Virus record (IMG/VR): IMGVR_UViG_3300009177_000001
Source of the DNA: an uncultured virus (IMG/VR IMGVR_UViG_3300009177_000001)
Taxonomy: Duplodnaviria; Heunggongvirae; Uroviricota; Caudoviricetes
Reading direction: 5' to 3' (one strand)
Length of the DNA stretch: 64,000 nucleotides
The first letter of the stretch is position 1. Each line of letters begins with the position of its first letter. This document shows, piece after piece, positions 52,062 through 61,261 of the stretch. The notes beneath the pieces were generated by a model. The model was given only the letters and a program-made list of their open reading frames with translations, was not told the DNA's origin and did no database searches. A program made the translations under genes and the position numbers.

Positions 52062-53726
52062 CTACACATCCTCCGTCGGCTTGAAACGCTTCACGAAGTC
52101 AATCGTGTCCGCGGTGATCGGCGGCGTGACCAGCCGCGCGAGCTTGAGCAAGTTCTTCACGTCACGTCCGGTCAGCCGCGGGTTCCTCCGAACGATCTCG
52201 ACGATCGTCTCATCCGCCAGCGCCGTCTTCGACCCGTCGGCGAGAATGCGCCAGATCGCGCATTGGTCTGCCGGCGATGGCACCGGGTAGGTCAGCCGTG
52301 CCACGCAGCGTGAGGCGATGGCGTCGTCGACATCGGCGGGCCGGTTCGTGGTGAAGAACAGCAGCGCGTCCTGGTACTCCAGCACGCGCAGGAATACGCC
52401 GACGATCGCGTTCTGCTGAAGATCGTTCCCACGCTTGTGCACGTAGACGTCGGCCTCGTCGAGCAGGAGCACGGCGTTCCAGCGTGTCGCGCGAGCGAAG
52501 ACCAGGCCCAGCTGCTCTTCCAGCGCCGTCGGGCTGGTGCCGAGCTGCGAGCACTGGACGGAGTAGAGCGCGCGCTGCGTGGCCTCGGCGTAGATCTCCG
52601 CGGTGAGCGTCTTGCCCGTACCCGGAGCGCCGCCGAGAAGCACCACGACACCACCGCTTTTGCCCTTGATGATGTCCTGGAAGGCCGCCGCTTGGTGCGT
52701 GCAGAGGAGCTGCACCAGATCTTTCATCTCGCGGGGCAGCACCAGCTTGGTGGCCATGTCGGGCTTGTAGACGTACTCGGTCAAGTGCGATACGTGGATG
52801 CGCAGCCGCAGGTGCCGGGCGAGATCGAACACAGCGAGCATGGGGTGGATCGGAATCTCCAGCTCCGGCGCCGTCTCCCCGCTATCGCCGTCGATCTCTT
52901 CCGAGTCCTCGTCTTTCTTCTTCACGCGATGGTTGGGCCAGAACCACGTGTCCGCGTGCACGTCTTTGCTGTTGTGCTCCTTGTCGTCTTCAAAGAAGAC
53001 GTCTAGAACGACACGCGAGGGCTCACCGTCGCGCTCCATTGTGAAGGTTGAGTGGCGCCAGCTGCTAGTGCCGTCGATGTCGTCGGTGGCGGTGCCGCCG
53101 GCGTAGAACTGCGCGCCGATCTTCGGCACTAGCGACGAGAAGCGTTCAACGGTCTTGAGGTGTGCTGCACGCAGCTCGGCCGTCTCGACGTACAAGTCTT
53201 TGCGCGCGAACGCTTCGCGGACCGTGAAGCCGCGAACATCGGACTCGTAGAAGCTCCAGGTGGTCTTCTTTCTGCCGCCGAACTCCTCCCACAGCAGCTC
53301 GATGAACACGTAGGCGGGGTGGTAGCTACCGTGATCGCGTCTCTCCGGTTCGTACTCGACGCGGTTCACGTAGTACGGCTGCCACACGCCCTCGGCCCTG
53401 CGGTGGTACACGTGGTGGTGCGGCAGCGGTTCGAGAAAGCGTGTCGCCAGCCCCTCGAACTGTTGTACCGTGCGCGGTTTCTGTCCGGCAGCGTCTGAGA
53501 TCGCGGCCTTCCACGTGGCGATGTCCTTGCGGAGCACGCCAACACCGTGCGCGGTGTCGTAGGCCGCGAGGAGCTTGTCGAGCGCCGTGAGCTTCTTCGG
53601 CACCAGCTCGGACAGGTCGATGCCGTCGGAATCGTTCCACTCCCACCGTTTCTCGTTGATGCCGAACGGTTCGAGCTTTGCTGCGCCGATCGTCTTGGCT
53701 AGCGTTCTGCGGATACGAAGAATCAC
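52062..53726 (-). CDS. AAA+ ATPase
   Basis: GAPGTGKTLTAE, LLLDEAD, FLRVLEY, TTNR..DDAIASR, GRDVKN. Confidence 0.92.
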   Translation of the reverse strand: MILRIRRTLAKTIGAAKLEPFGINEKRWEWNDSDGIDLSELVPKKLTALDKLLAAYDTAHGVGVLRKDIATWKAAISDAAGQKPRTVQQFEGLATRFLEPLPHHHVYHRRAEGVWQPYYVNRVEYEPERRDHGSYHPAYVFIELLWEEFGGRKKTTWSFYESDVRGFTVREAFARKDLYVETAELRAAHLKTVERFSSLVPKIGAQFYAGGTATDDIDGTSSWRHSTFTMERDGEPSRVVLDVFFEDDKEHNSKDVHADTWFWPNHRVKKKDEDSEEIDGDSGETAPELEIPIHPMLAVFDLARHLRLRIHVSHLTEYVYKPDMATKLVLPREMKDLVQLLCTHQAAAFQDIIKGKSGGVVVLLGGAPGTGKTLTAEIYAEATQRALYSVQCSQLGTSPTALEEQLGLVFARATRWNAVLLLDEADVYVHKRGNDLQQNAIVGVFLRVLEYQDALLFFTTNRPADVDDAIASRCVARLTYPVPSPADQCAIWRILADGSKTALADETIVEIVRRNPRLTGRDVKNLLKLARLVTPPITADTIDFVKRFKPTEDV

Positions 53727-53892
53727 TTGGGCTCCTTTTGTGCAGGCGGCCTCTCGTCTGGCTCCTCGTGCGGCAGCTCGTGCACGTACAACGGTCCCGG
53801 CTTCCGCAGCGCACGCAAGATCCGCTGCAGCTTCAGCTCGTCGCTCACGATGGTGGTCGAGCCGTCGTCGTCCTTGATCTCCAGCGGCTTGG

Positions 53893-54345
53893 TCACGCCT
53901 GCCTCCGGCAGTTCGACGAGCCGCACGTGCACGTGTCGTTCTTGATCTCGCGCACGTGCTTCGCGGCCTTCTTCGCGCCGTACGATTCGCAGTCGGTGGC
54001 GATGCGCTCCTGCATCGCGGTCTCGCCCGCAGCGTGTGCCTTCTCGATCGTGTCGATGAGCGCCGATGCTTCGGGAGCGGAGAGCTTGACTTCGGTGTTG
54101 GTCACCACGGAGACGCGCAGGCACGCCAGCAGCTCGTCGACGACGAAATCGGGGGGCTCGACAGCCGCATGTGGATCGGGCCCGGCGTCGACAGCGCGGA
54201 TCTCTGTGATCACGCCTTCCGGCGCCTCCGTGTCGTCGAAGCGCTTCGCGAGAATTCCGACGAACGAGACGCGGCGGCCAGCACGGCGCAGTCGAAGCGC
54301 TTCGAGGACGGCGCGGTCGTCCGAATCATGCGTGTTCCAGGTCAT
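53893..54345 (-). CDS. hypothetical protein
   Basis: ATGA overlap at 54342-54345. Confidence 0.5.
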   Translation of the reverse strand: MTWNTHDSDDRAVLEALRLRRAGRRVSFVGILAKRFDDTEAPEGVITEIRAVDAGPDPHAAVEPPDFVVDELLACLRVSVVTNTEVKLSAPEASALIDTIEKAHAAGETAMQERIATDCESYGAKKAAKHVREIKNDTCTCGSSNCRRQA

Positions 54346-55010
54346 CGCTTCCTCGCTTTCGCCTTGGGCCCCGGCGGCTCCGCGACAGGCCCGAGCAGCG
54401 GCGTGTTCGTCAGCCCGTCGAGCTGCAGCCCCGTCTTGTCGCCCACGACATCTGCGATCCTGCCGCGCACGTCGCGGATCGCAGCGGCGATCGCCGTGAG
54501 CTTGTGCCAGCGATCGGAGGTGAAGGGAATCAGCCGGCGGACGTCGGCAGCATCCAGCCATCCGGCACGGCCACGCTCGTGTTCGTCGAGCGGCATGGGC
54601 TCTCCTGTTTTCTTGTCGACTTCTCCGCGTGCCTCGCGCCGATGCGTTTCACGTCGCGTGTAGTGGGTCGTCACGGTGATCGGCGCCGCCTGGTCGGACA
54701 CCCAAACTAGCTCGAAGCCGATCGTTACTTCCTCCCGGTTCTCCTTGCCCTGATAGTTGTCGAAGCGACTGTGGCGCTCCTCGAAGTGCACGCGGATGTA
54801 CGGCTTCCACGTGAGTCTGCGCGTCGTCTCCAGGTGCTTCGTGATGGCGTCGCGCCACTCGTCCAGCGTCTTGAACTCGAACACGGTGGAGTCGACCTCG
54901 CCGTAGAAGCGCCCGTCGTCATATCCAGCGAGCCGCAGATCGACGAGGATAAGCACGCCGTCGACGACGAAGCGCTCCTGCCGAATCTTCTTTCCTGGTT
55001 GGCGTGGCAT
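54342..55010 (-). CDS. hypothetical protein
   Basis: 222 aa; TGATG coupling. Confidence 0.6.
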   Translation of the reverse strand: MPRQPGKKIRQERFVVDGVLILVDLRLAGYDDGRFYGEVDSTVFEFKTLDEWRDAITKHLETTRRLTWKPYIRVHFEERHSRFDNYQGKENREEVTIGFELVWVSDQAAPITVTTHYTRRETHRREARGEVDKKTGEPMPLDEHERGRAGWLDAADVRRLIPFTSDRWHKLTAIAAAIRDVRGRIADVVGDKTGLQLDGLTNTPLLGPVAEPPGPKAKARKR

Positions 55011-55420
55011 CAGCGACCCTTTCCTCTTCGCGCTCGACGCCACGCCACCGCGCGTTCCCGCAGCTGTTTCGCCGCCACATCGATCTTGAACACGGTGCCG
55101 CCCCTCGCGCGCGTAGCGAACACCAAGACCTGTTCATAGTCCTCGTCGGGGCTGATGCGATGGAGAAGCACGCGCTCTGGGTTCTCAGTGTCTGAGATCA
55201 TCCCGCGCGAGAATTTTCGGCGGCAGCGCCGACACTGAAGGAAGTCCTCGTTCGTCACTGCGACCGTCCCGCCGCACGCGGAGCTGCTGCACTTCCACTT
55301 CATCTCGCCGTCGTAGAGCTTCTTTAGCGCCTCCCGCGGGCAGTCCCGCTCGTGATCGTCCTCGAAGCCGCCACAGGTGTGGCAATCCATACGCAACCGC
55401 ACGGTCATGCGCATCTCCAT
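55010..55420 (-). CDS. Cys-rich hypothetical protein
   Basis: TGATG coupling; several CxxC. Confidence 0.5.
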   Translation of the reverse strand: MEMRMTVRLRMDCHTCGGFEDDHERDCPREALKKLYDGEMKWKCSSSACGGTVAVTNEDFLQCRRCRRKFSRGMISDTENPERVLLHRISPDEDYEQVLVFATRARGGTVFKIDVAAKQLRERAVAWRRARRGKGR

Positions 55421-55632
55421 CAGCGCGTGACCTTCAAGCGCCCGTCCACGTTGCGCCCCGGGTGCTGCTTGAACTTCACGAAGTCCGGGCAGTGGGGCAG
55501 TCCTTTGTGGATCTCGTGCACGTAGGCGCCCATCTCGCCCGCATCGGGATGTGCGCACACGAGGAAATCGTCGTCGGGCGCCATCCCCGAGTAGGCGCAC
55601 GCGGCGCAGTTCTTCTTCACGGCTTCGGGCAT
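55420..55632 (-). CDS. small Cys-rich protein
   Basis: CAACAY..C.H..CP; TGATG coupling. Confidence 0.5.
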   Translation of the reverse strand: MPEAVKKNCAACAYSGMAPDDDFLVCAHPDAGEMGAYVHEIHKGLPHCPDFVKFKQHPGRNVDGRLKVTR

Positions 55633-56393
55633 CACCTGGCCCTCACGCTCCGCAGGTGTCCACGAATGATCGACGGTGGGCTGGTCGTCGCGTGGTGCAG
55701 ATCCGCACCGCACGTGTGGCACTTCACGTTGAAGCGCATGCGGGCCGTGTGCATGCCGTCTTTGTCTGTTGGCTGTACGCTGAACTCGTGGCCTTCGACC
55801 GTGAACACGGCGCCGTTCACGGGGCCGTTCGTCTGGTAGTGGCTGTCCGGTCCGGTGGGCTCGGGCCACGGGAAAGGCCACGCTTCGGCGCGCATAACCG
55901 TCTCCTTGCGTGGCGCACACGTTCGCGTTTTGCAATAGCAGCCTGTGGGGCACGGGCACGTCATCGGCGCTTCGTTCGCGTGCTCGCAGAGATGGGCCGC
56001 AGGAAGCGCGGGCGCTTCATACGCACGCGCCCCTTCGTGCACGAGTGCCCCCGGACGAAGCGCACCGGTGCCGATGACCTTCGCGGCTTCGGTCGCGTGT
56101 GCCGGCACCTTGTCGAATTCCTCGGCGGGCTCATGCTCTTTCACGCGCGTGGTCAGCTCGCCGTCCTCGATGATGGTGACGACGAGAACGCGCTTCGCTC
56201 CGCCAGCGATCAGCTTCGCCGCCTCGAACAGCTGCGCGTCGGACGGCACCTGGAAGAAGCGGCTTTGGAGAAAGACGGCGGTCGCGGAGATCGTGGCGTG
56301 TGTTGGACTGCATGGCATCGCACGAAAGCGCTTCCCGCATTGGCTGCAGACATCGCCGGTTGGCGTAGCCTCGTTAGTTATTGCGTTCGCCAT
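55632..56393 (-). CDS. hypothetical protein (possibly fused small genes)
   Basis: GAGGGG RBS at 56393; mosaic of Cys motifs. Confidence 0.45.
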   Translation of the reverse strand: MANAITNEATPTGDVCSQCGKRFRAMPCSPTHATISATAVFLQSRFFQVPSDAQLFEAAKLIAGGAKRVLVVTIIEDGELTTRVKEHEPAEEFDKVPAHATEAAKVIGTGALRPGALVHEGARAYEAPALPAAHLCEHANEAPMTCPCPTGCYCKTRTCAPRKETVMRAEAWPFPWPEPTGPDSHYQTNGPVNGAVFTVEGHEFSVQPTDKDGMHTARMRFNVKCHTCGADLHHATTSPPSIIRGHLRSVRAR

Positions 56394-56406
56394 TCCCCTC
56401 GCCCTC

Positions 56407-56856
56407 CTACGGTTCGTGGTTATAGACGCGTGTGATGAAGACTTCGACGTGCACGTTGTGCTTGTGCCGGCGGGCGTGTATGGCCGCGGGGCCCTGCGCG
56501 TTGGTGCTTTGGAGCTTCCAGCCGCACGTGAGGCACTCGGCCAGGTAGTCGGGCTTCGTGCTCCACTCGCCACGCCGGTAGCCGCTGGCGGATTTGTTGT
56601 CGTCGGCGGGCATCAGGTGCGGCGCCGCTTGGGGTTGTACCGGGCAGGGCTTGTCGGGGTGGTAGTCGGGTCCGGCGCAGCAGCACGTGGCCAGCGCGCG
56701 CTTGACCCGCCGGTGCACCTCGCGACCGACCGCGTGGCCGATGAGGAGCTGCCGACGCGCCTGACGGGGCGGCGCCTTGAACGCCACCCCCCGCGACAGC
56801 GCCCGCACCGATGGGGAGACGATCGCGATCTGGTTCTTCAGCGCTCTTTTGCTCAC
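56407..56856 (-). CDS. hypothetical protein with C2H2-like end
   Basis: CLTCGW..HARRH; GTGA overlap. Confidence 0.5.
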   Translation of the reverse strand: MSKRALKNQIAIVSPSVRALSRGVAFKAPPRQARRQLLIGHAVGREVHRRVKRALATCCCAGPDYHPDKPCPVQPQAAPHLMPADDNKSASGYRRGEWSTKPDYLAECLTCGWKLQSTNAQGPAAIHARRHKHNVHVEVFITRVYNHEP

Positions 56857-57401
56857 GTCGGCACCGCCGTCAGCGTCGGCTGCTCGGCTAGATCAGCCGC
56901 CTCGTTCAGGAGTCGCGCGAGGTTGCGCACCTCCACCACGTCGTCGAACCGGATGAACTCGTGCGGCGTCCGCCCTGACGTGCACAACGTGCGCAGCCAC
57001 ACCTTCGTGTTGGCTTCCGCGCGGCGTTCGACGCCCACGTACATCTCGGCGTAGGCGTAGGGCCCCGGCTGGGGCTGTTCCTCGTCCTGGTATCCGGTCG
57101 TCTCGGTGGCCACGGCGTCCTCGGGTCCGTCGCCGATCCATTCGACCTGCGGCACCACCCGCCGGCAGGGCTCACCGAGCGGACATGTGGGCCCCAGGCA
57201 GTTGCATCCAGGCAGCGCCAGGCAGCTGTCGGGGATCTGGTAGGGCGGCGCGTGGTCGCGCCATCGGCGCCACTCGTTCGATGATGCTGGCGGAACGGGG
57301 TACATCCCACCTCCGCAAGCCTTCCCGCACGTGCGGCAGATCTTGGGCAGTAGGGCCTTCGCGGCGCCCTCCTTGACCTCGTCCTGTTTTCCGTCCACCA
57401 T
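56853..57401 (-). CDS. hypothetical protein, first gene of the leftward run
   Basis: ATG next to the AT-rich divergent region. Confidence 0.55.
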   Translation of the reverse strand: MVDGKQDEVKEGAAKALLPKICRTCGKACGGGMYPVPPASSNEWRRWRDHAPPYQIPDSCLALPGCNCLGPTCPLGEPCRRVVPQVEWIGDGPEDAVATETTGYQDEEQPQPGPYAYAEMYVGVERRAEANTKVWLRTLCTSGRTPHEFIRFDDVVEVRNLARLLNEAADLAEQPTLTAVPT

Positions 57402-57514
57402 GAGACCACCCTTAGCGCATTATATATGTATTGCGCAAGTAAATGTATCTCTAGGAATACATTTCGTAATCTGGACTACAGACCGACCCCGGCGCCGGTG
57501 CTAGCTTCGGTTTC
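57402..57514. promoter_or_regulatory. AT-rich divergent promoter/operator region
   Basis: Strand switch point; AAATGTAT-N8-ATACATTT at 57441-57464; TATAAT on - strand; TAGCTT 7 nt before GTG 57515. Confidence 0.7.
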
Positions 57515-57811
57515 GTGGGCAGACCAGCTGGACCGGAGCACCTCACCGAGGACAACAGCGAGACGATCTCGGTGCGCGTCCCGCGGGATCTCGCCGACGC
57601 CATGCGCGCGTCGGCCGGACAGACGCCGCTGCGGCTCTGGATGCGCGCCGTGCTTCGCAGCGCCACCACCTACGGCAGCCGGCTAGGAAACGCCTTCGCC
57701 AGCGGCATCGAGCACAGCGAAGGCTGGCGCGCCGGTTGGGCGGCGGCGAACCGCCAGTTCCGCGAGGCGCTCAAGATCGTGCTGGGGAACGAGCCCCCGG
57801 AGGCGCCGTGA
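57515..57811 (+). CDS. RHH-like regulator
   Basis: ETISVRVPRDLADAMR..WMRAVL. Confidence 0.65.
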   Translation: MGRPAGPEHLTEDNSETISVRVPRDLADAMRASAGQTPLRLWMRAVLRSATTYGSRLGNAFASGIEHSEGWRAGWAAANRQFREALKIVLGNEPPEAP

Positions 57812-57815
57812 CGGC

Positions 57816-58061
57816 ATGCAGATCGGCGACCCCGTCACGCTGTACTGGTACAGCGTGTATTCGTACATGCTCGCTGTAGTCGTCAACGTTGACGTGCGGG
57901 GTGGGTTCGGCGTCCAGAATCGAAACGCCGACGCTATCAATCGCGCCACTACGTACAGGTGCGACCTTCGGCAAGAGAATGTGCACTGGATTCGCGGCCA
58001 CCACGCCGAGGATTCCGAAGCTTTCCGCGCACTGGTCGCGGCTGCGGTGCTCCGTGGCTAA
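57816..58061 (+). CDS. GDP-TWIRG family member 12
   Basis: MQIGDPVTLYW ... QENVHWIRGHHAEDSEAFRALVAAAVL. Confidence 0.82.
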   Translation: MQIGDPVTLYWYSVYSYMLAVVVNVDVRGGFGVQNRNADAINRATTYRCDLRQENVHWIRGHHAEDSEAFRALVAAAVLRG

Positions 58062-58281
58062 ACGCCCTGCCCACGCTCGCGTTTCTCGCGATCACATCTT
58101 CGTCAACCAGTTCATCTGGTATCGCGACGTCGCGAGCCACCTGCGCGAGGTGCTCGGTCCGTGCGCCGCGGACAGCGATGACCACTGCGTGGCCCGTGAC
58201 TGCCCGCAGCTGCGCGACGGTGAGCCCAAGAAGACGGGACGGCACTGCCCGCGGGATAGGAGATACGACGATGAAGGGTGA
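58054..58281 (+). CDS. hypothetical protein
   Basis: CPQLRDGEPKKTGRHCP; fills the gap between family members. Confidence 0.5.
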   Translation: MAKRPAHARVSRDHIFVNQFIWYRDVASHLREVLGPCAADSDDHCVARDCPQLRDGEPKKTGRHCPRDRRYDDEG

Positions 58282-58642
58282 GAAGCGCGAGCCACTGCGC
58301 ATCGGTGATCCGGTCACGCTGTACTGGGCGCAGCAAGAGGCGTTCACCTACACCCTGGTCGTGAATGTCAGCTCCGTCGGCTTTCAAGGAGCTACGCCAC
58401 GTGACAGCCACCGGCACTTTAACAACGAAGGTGTAACTTGGGTGCGTGGCCACCACCCGCCTGATTCTGAGCCGTGCCGAGCGATGATCTCCGCTGCGGT
58501 GCTGATCGGCGGCGACGAACCCACGCCCGACGTTCCATCCGCAGCGGCTGTCACGCGCGCCTTCTATGCCACCAGGTTCTTCGCTGTCACCGGTGGCGAG
58601 AAGCTGCGCTTCGCGACGCACAACCACGGCATCGAAATCTAA
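58271..58642 (+). CDS. GDP-TWIRG family member 13
   Basis: LRIGDPVTLYW ... NEGVTWVRGHHPPDSEPCRAMISAAVL plus tail. Confidence 0.82.
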   Translation: MKGEKREPLRIGDPVTLYWAQQEAFTYTLVVNVSSVGFQGATPRDSHRHFNNEGVTWVRGHHPPDSEPCRAMISAAVLIGGDEPTPDVPSAAAVTRAFYATRFFAVTGGEKLRFATHNHGIEI

Positions 58643-59056
58643 ATGGCCAGACGCGACCACCAAACCAAGAACGCATCCGTGATTGGGGGCCTGCGCCTCG
58701 AAGCCGACGTCGCCCAGCGCCTGTGTGAGGCTGCGCGGACACACGCGGCCGACAAGCACGGACGTGGCGACGTGGCACAGATGGCCCGCTACTACGTTCG
58801 CACGGGGCTCGGGTACACTGCCGAGGCGTCGAACACGCTGGAGGACAAGGCGCCGAAGCCCGAGCGGCTGTGTGGGCTCACGCTGGAAAAGGACGTGATG
58901 GTGCGGCTGCGCGCGAGCGGCGCGAACGTGTCTGCGGTGGCGCGCCACTTCATCCGCCGGGGGCTGGGGTTCTCCGACGCGGAATCGCGGCGGCGCGAGG
59001 AGAAATTCGCAGCGCTGGCGGAGGCACTGCGGGAGATCCGGGAGGCGCACGAGTGA
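58643..59056 (+). CDS. protein with two tandem RHH-like repeats
   Basis: GLRLEADV..VAQMARYYVRTGLGY and GLTLEKDV..VSAVARHFIRRGLGF. Confidence 0.65.
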   Translation: MARRDHQTKNASVIGGLRLEADVAQRLCEAARTHAADKHGRGDVAQMARYYVRTGLGYTAEASNTLEDKAPKPERLCGLTLEKDVMVRLRASGANVSAVARHFIRRGLGFSDAESRRREEKFAALAEALREIREAHE

Positions 59057-59319
59057 TCACGCACGGTGAAGACTTGACGGCCTACAAAGTCGTGGAGCTG
59101 GAGTTCACCACGGCCAAAGGTGCCGGTGACGAAGTCCACGGCGTGCTCGAACGCAATCTGCCCGAGCGCGTGTGGCAAAACACAGGTCTGTCGTGGAACA
59201 CCGAGACGGGGCGCTTCACCATCACGGTGTTTGAACCGGGGCTAGAACACCGGGCCGGCATCATCCGCTGCCTCAACGACATGGGGTTCACGCCGATGGA
59301 GACGCTGCTGTGGATTTGA
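59053..59319 (+). CDS. hypothetical protein
   Basis: GGAGG RBS; GTGA overlap. Confidence 0.55.
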   Translation: MITHGEDLTAYKVVELEFTTAKGAGDEVHGVLERNLPERVWQNTGLSWNTETGRFTITVFEPGLEHRAGIIRCLNDMGFTPMETLLWI

Positions 59320-59323
59320 CACC

Positions 59324-59515
59324 GTGACCGAAACACGCGCCGCACGCCTCGCTTCGGTCGTCGCGGCCGTGAAGAACGCGATCGAGACCAAGTTCAAGCT
59401 CGTCGCGCTCCGCGCCGAAGACGCCGAGGCGTGCCACAAGACGCGCTTCGTGGTGTGCAGCTGCGGCGACCACGCCGACGCACACATCCACGTGCCGCTG
59501 AGGCCGCGCAGATGA
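59324..59515 (+). CDS. hypothetical protein
   Basis: ATGA overlap with next gene. Confidence 0.45.
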   Translation: MTETRAARLASVVAAVKNAIETKFKLVALRAEDAEACHKTRFVVCSCGDHADAHIHVPLRPRR

Positions 59516-59889
59516 CCGTCGGCGCGCTGATCACGGTCATCCGGCCGGAGGGTCCATGTCGTGCTGTAGTGCACGCAGCCAACATTCCCGAGCTGCCTGC
59601 GCATTTTCACTGGAAGCTCGACAGGCCGCCATCCGACTACTTGCCCTTCCTTGATGATGGCTATGCGGCCCCGAGCGACGAAGGACTCACGTGGATCGCC
59701 GGCTGGCCTCCGTTTGACAGCGAAGGCATGCGTGCGGCATTGGCCGCGTACGTGCTCTATTCAGATGCGTCCGGTTTTCGGCGGGTGCAGGGCGAGGTTC
59801 CTACGCTCGGAGAGGTCACAACGTACAGCGGCATCTTCCCCGTAGACAACACGAGCACAGCGGTACCACCGCAAGGGAAGCGCAGATGA
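59512..59889 (+). CDS. GDP-TWIRG family member 14
   Basis: MTVGALITV ... DEGLTWIAGWPPFDSEGMRAALAAYVL plus tail. Confidence 0.8.
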   Translation: MTVGALITVIRPEGPCRAVVHAANIPELPAHFHWKLDRPPSDYLPFLDDGYAAPSDEGLTWIAGWPPFDSEGMRAALAAYVLYSDASGFRRVQGEVPTLGEVTTYSGIFPVDNTSTAVPPQGKRR

Positions 59890-60140
59890 CCGTGAAGGTT
59901 GGCGATCCGATCACGGTGGACACGGCTGTCGGTCTGCTGCATGCGAAGGTCACGTCCGTATTCGACACCAGCTTCGGTGCAACAGGGCGCGTCGCGGACG
60001 GCGGCACAGTTTCAGTCGTGGCGTCCTTCTACTTAGAAAACAGGTTCTGGATCCACGATCACCACGCGTTCGATAGTGATCGCGTTCGGGCGATGCTGGC
60101 GGCTAGCGCGTTGAACCGCGTTGAACAGGTGCCCATGTGA
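59886..60140 (+). CDS. GDP-TWIRG family member 15
   Basis: VKVGDPITV ... ENRFWIHDHHAFDSDRVRAMLAASAL. Confidence 0.8.
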   Translation: MTVKVGDPITVDTAVGLLHAKVTSVFDTSFGATGRVADGGTVSVVASFYLENRFWIHDHHAFDSDRVRAMLAASALNRVEQVPM

Positions 60141-60457
60141 CCGTCGGTACGAAGATCACGCTGGTGCGGGACGGCCGAGCCGTGCGAGGGACGATATGCG
60201 CGCGCGCCACCATTCTCGGGTTTTTCGCGTGGCGCCGGCGGGGTGAAACCGGTCCGCGCCTGGCACGCATCGACCGCAAGGACGTGACGTGGATCTACGG
60301 CTGGCCGCGCCTGGACAGCGAACGCGTGCGCGCTCTGTGCGCTTCCGCTGCGCTCCATGGGGAAGATGCACCATGGGAGCGGCTCCCGGATCTCACGCCG
60401 CCTTTCGGTATCCGCTTCGCCGCCACTATCGACATCATGAAAGGAGAACCAAAATGA
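60137..60457 (+). CDS. GDP-TWIRG family member 16
   Basis: TVGTKITLV ... DVTWIYGWPRLDSERVRALCASAAL. Confidence 0.78.
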   Translation: MTVGTKITLVRDGRAVRGTICARATILGFFAWRRRGETGPRLARIDRKDVTWIYGWPRLDSERVRALCASAALHGEDAPWERLPDLTPPFGIRFAATIDIMKGEPK

Positions 60458-61191
60458 AAAAGCTGCTCGCGTTTCTCGCCTTCTTCACCGCCTGTGATGC
60501 CACCGCGCCCGTCGATCGTACGCGCGCCAAGGAAGTCGCCGCCGGCACCACGTCGTTCGAAGCCTATGCCACGGATCGCGCGCTCGATCTGCTCGGCGCT
60601 GACAAGCCCGACGTGTTCTACGATCCGTTCTTCGCGCTTCCCGGCACGCCGGCATCGCCGTGGCTTGTGTCTGGCTCCGGCACGGTCTCCACCGGCGAAG
60701 GTGCCAAGCTGCACCTTGACGCGACGGCGCCTGCCATCTACGCCCGTGCCACGCTCGGCGCCACCGACCGCGGCCTGCTCGGTGACCCGGCGACCACGGC
60801 GCTCTACGTCGCAGCACGCTTTCGCCTGCGCGGCCCCGTCTCGAACATCAGCGCGTTCGGCGTCGGGCTGACCAACCCCGTGGCTACGCTGATGGCGGGT
60901 GTGCTCTACAACGAGCCCGGCAGCGGATTCCATCTGTTCGAAGCGTCGGCCGCGGGGCTCGCTGACGCCGACTCATCCGTGATCGTGGACCAGGAGTGGC
61001 ACATCTCGGAGCTGTGGTTTCTCGGCGACGGGCTCGCGCGCGGTGCATTCGACGGCGAGGAGGCGCTGGCGTTCACGGTGAATCCGATCGGCGCTGCGGT
61101 GCCGGCCATCGTGCTGTCGCGGGGAAGCGTGGCGAGCCTAGCAGCCGACGTGGATGCCGTCGTCTACGTGGTGCCACAGGAAGGTTGGTGA
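60454..61191 (+). CDS. lipoprotein with beta-sandwich-like domain
   Basis: AAGGAG RBS; MKKLLAFLAFFTAC. Confidence 0.7.
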   Translation: MKKLLAFLAFFTACDATAPVDRTRAKEVAAGTTSFEAYATDRALDLLGADKPDVFYDPFFALPGTPASPWLVSGSGTVSTGEGAKLHLDATAPAIYARATLGATDRGLLGDPATTALYVAARFRLRGPVSNISAFGVGLTNPVATLMAGVLYNEPGSGFHLFEASAAGLADADSSVIVDQEWHISELWFLGDGLARGAFDGEEALAFTVNPIGAAVPAIVLSRGSVASLAADVDAVVYVVPQEGW

Positions 61192-61261
61192 ACCGCCCGA
61201 GCAACGGTCTGTGTTGGAAAAAAGTCGCGATAAACGCCCGCAAAACGAAAGGATACGCCCG

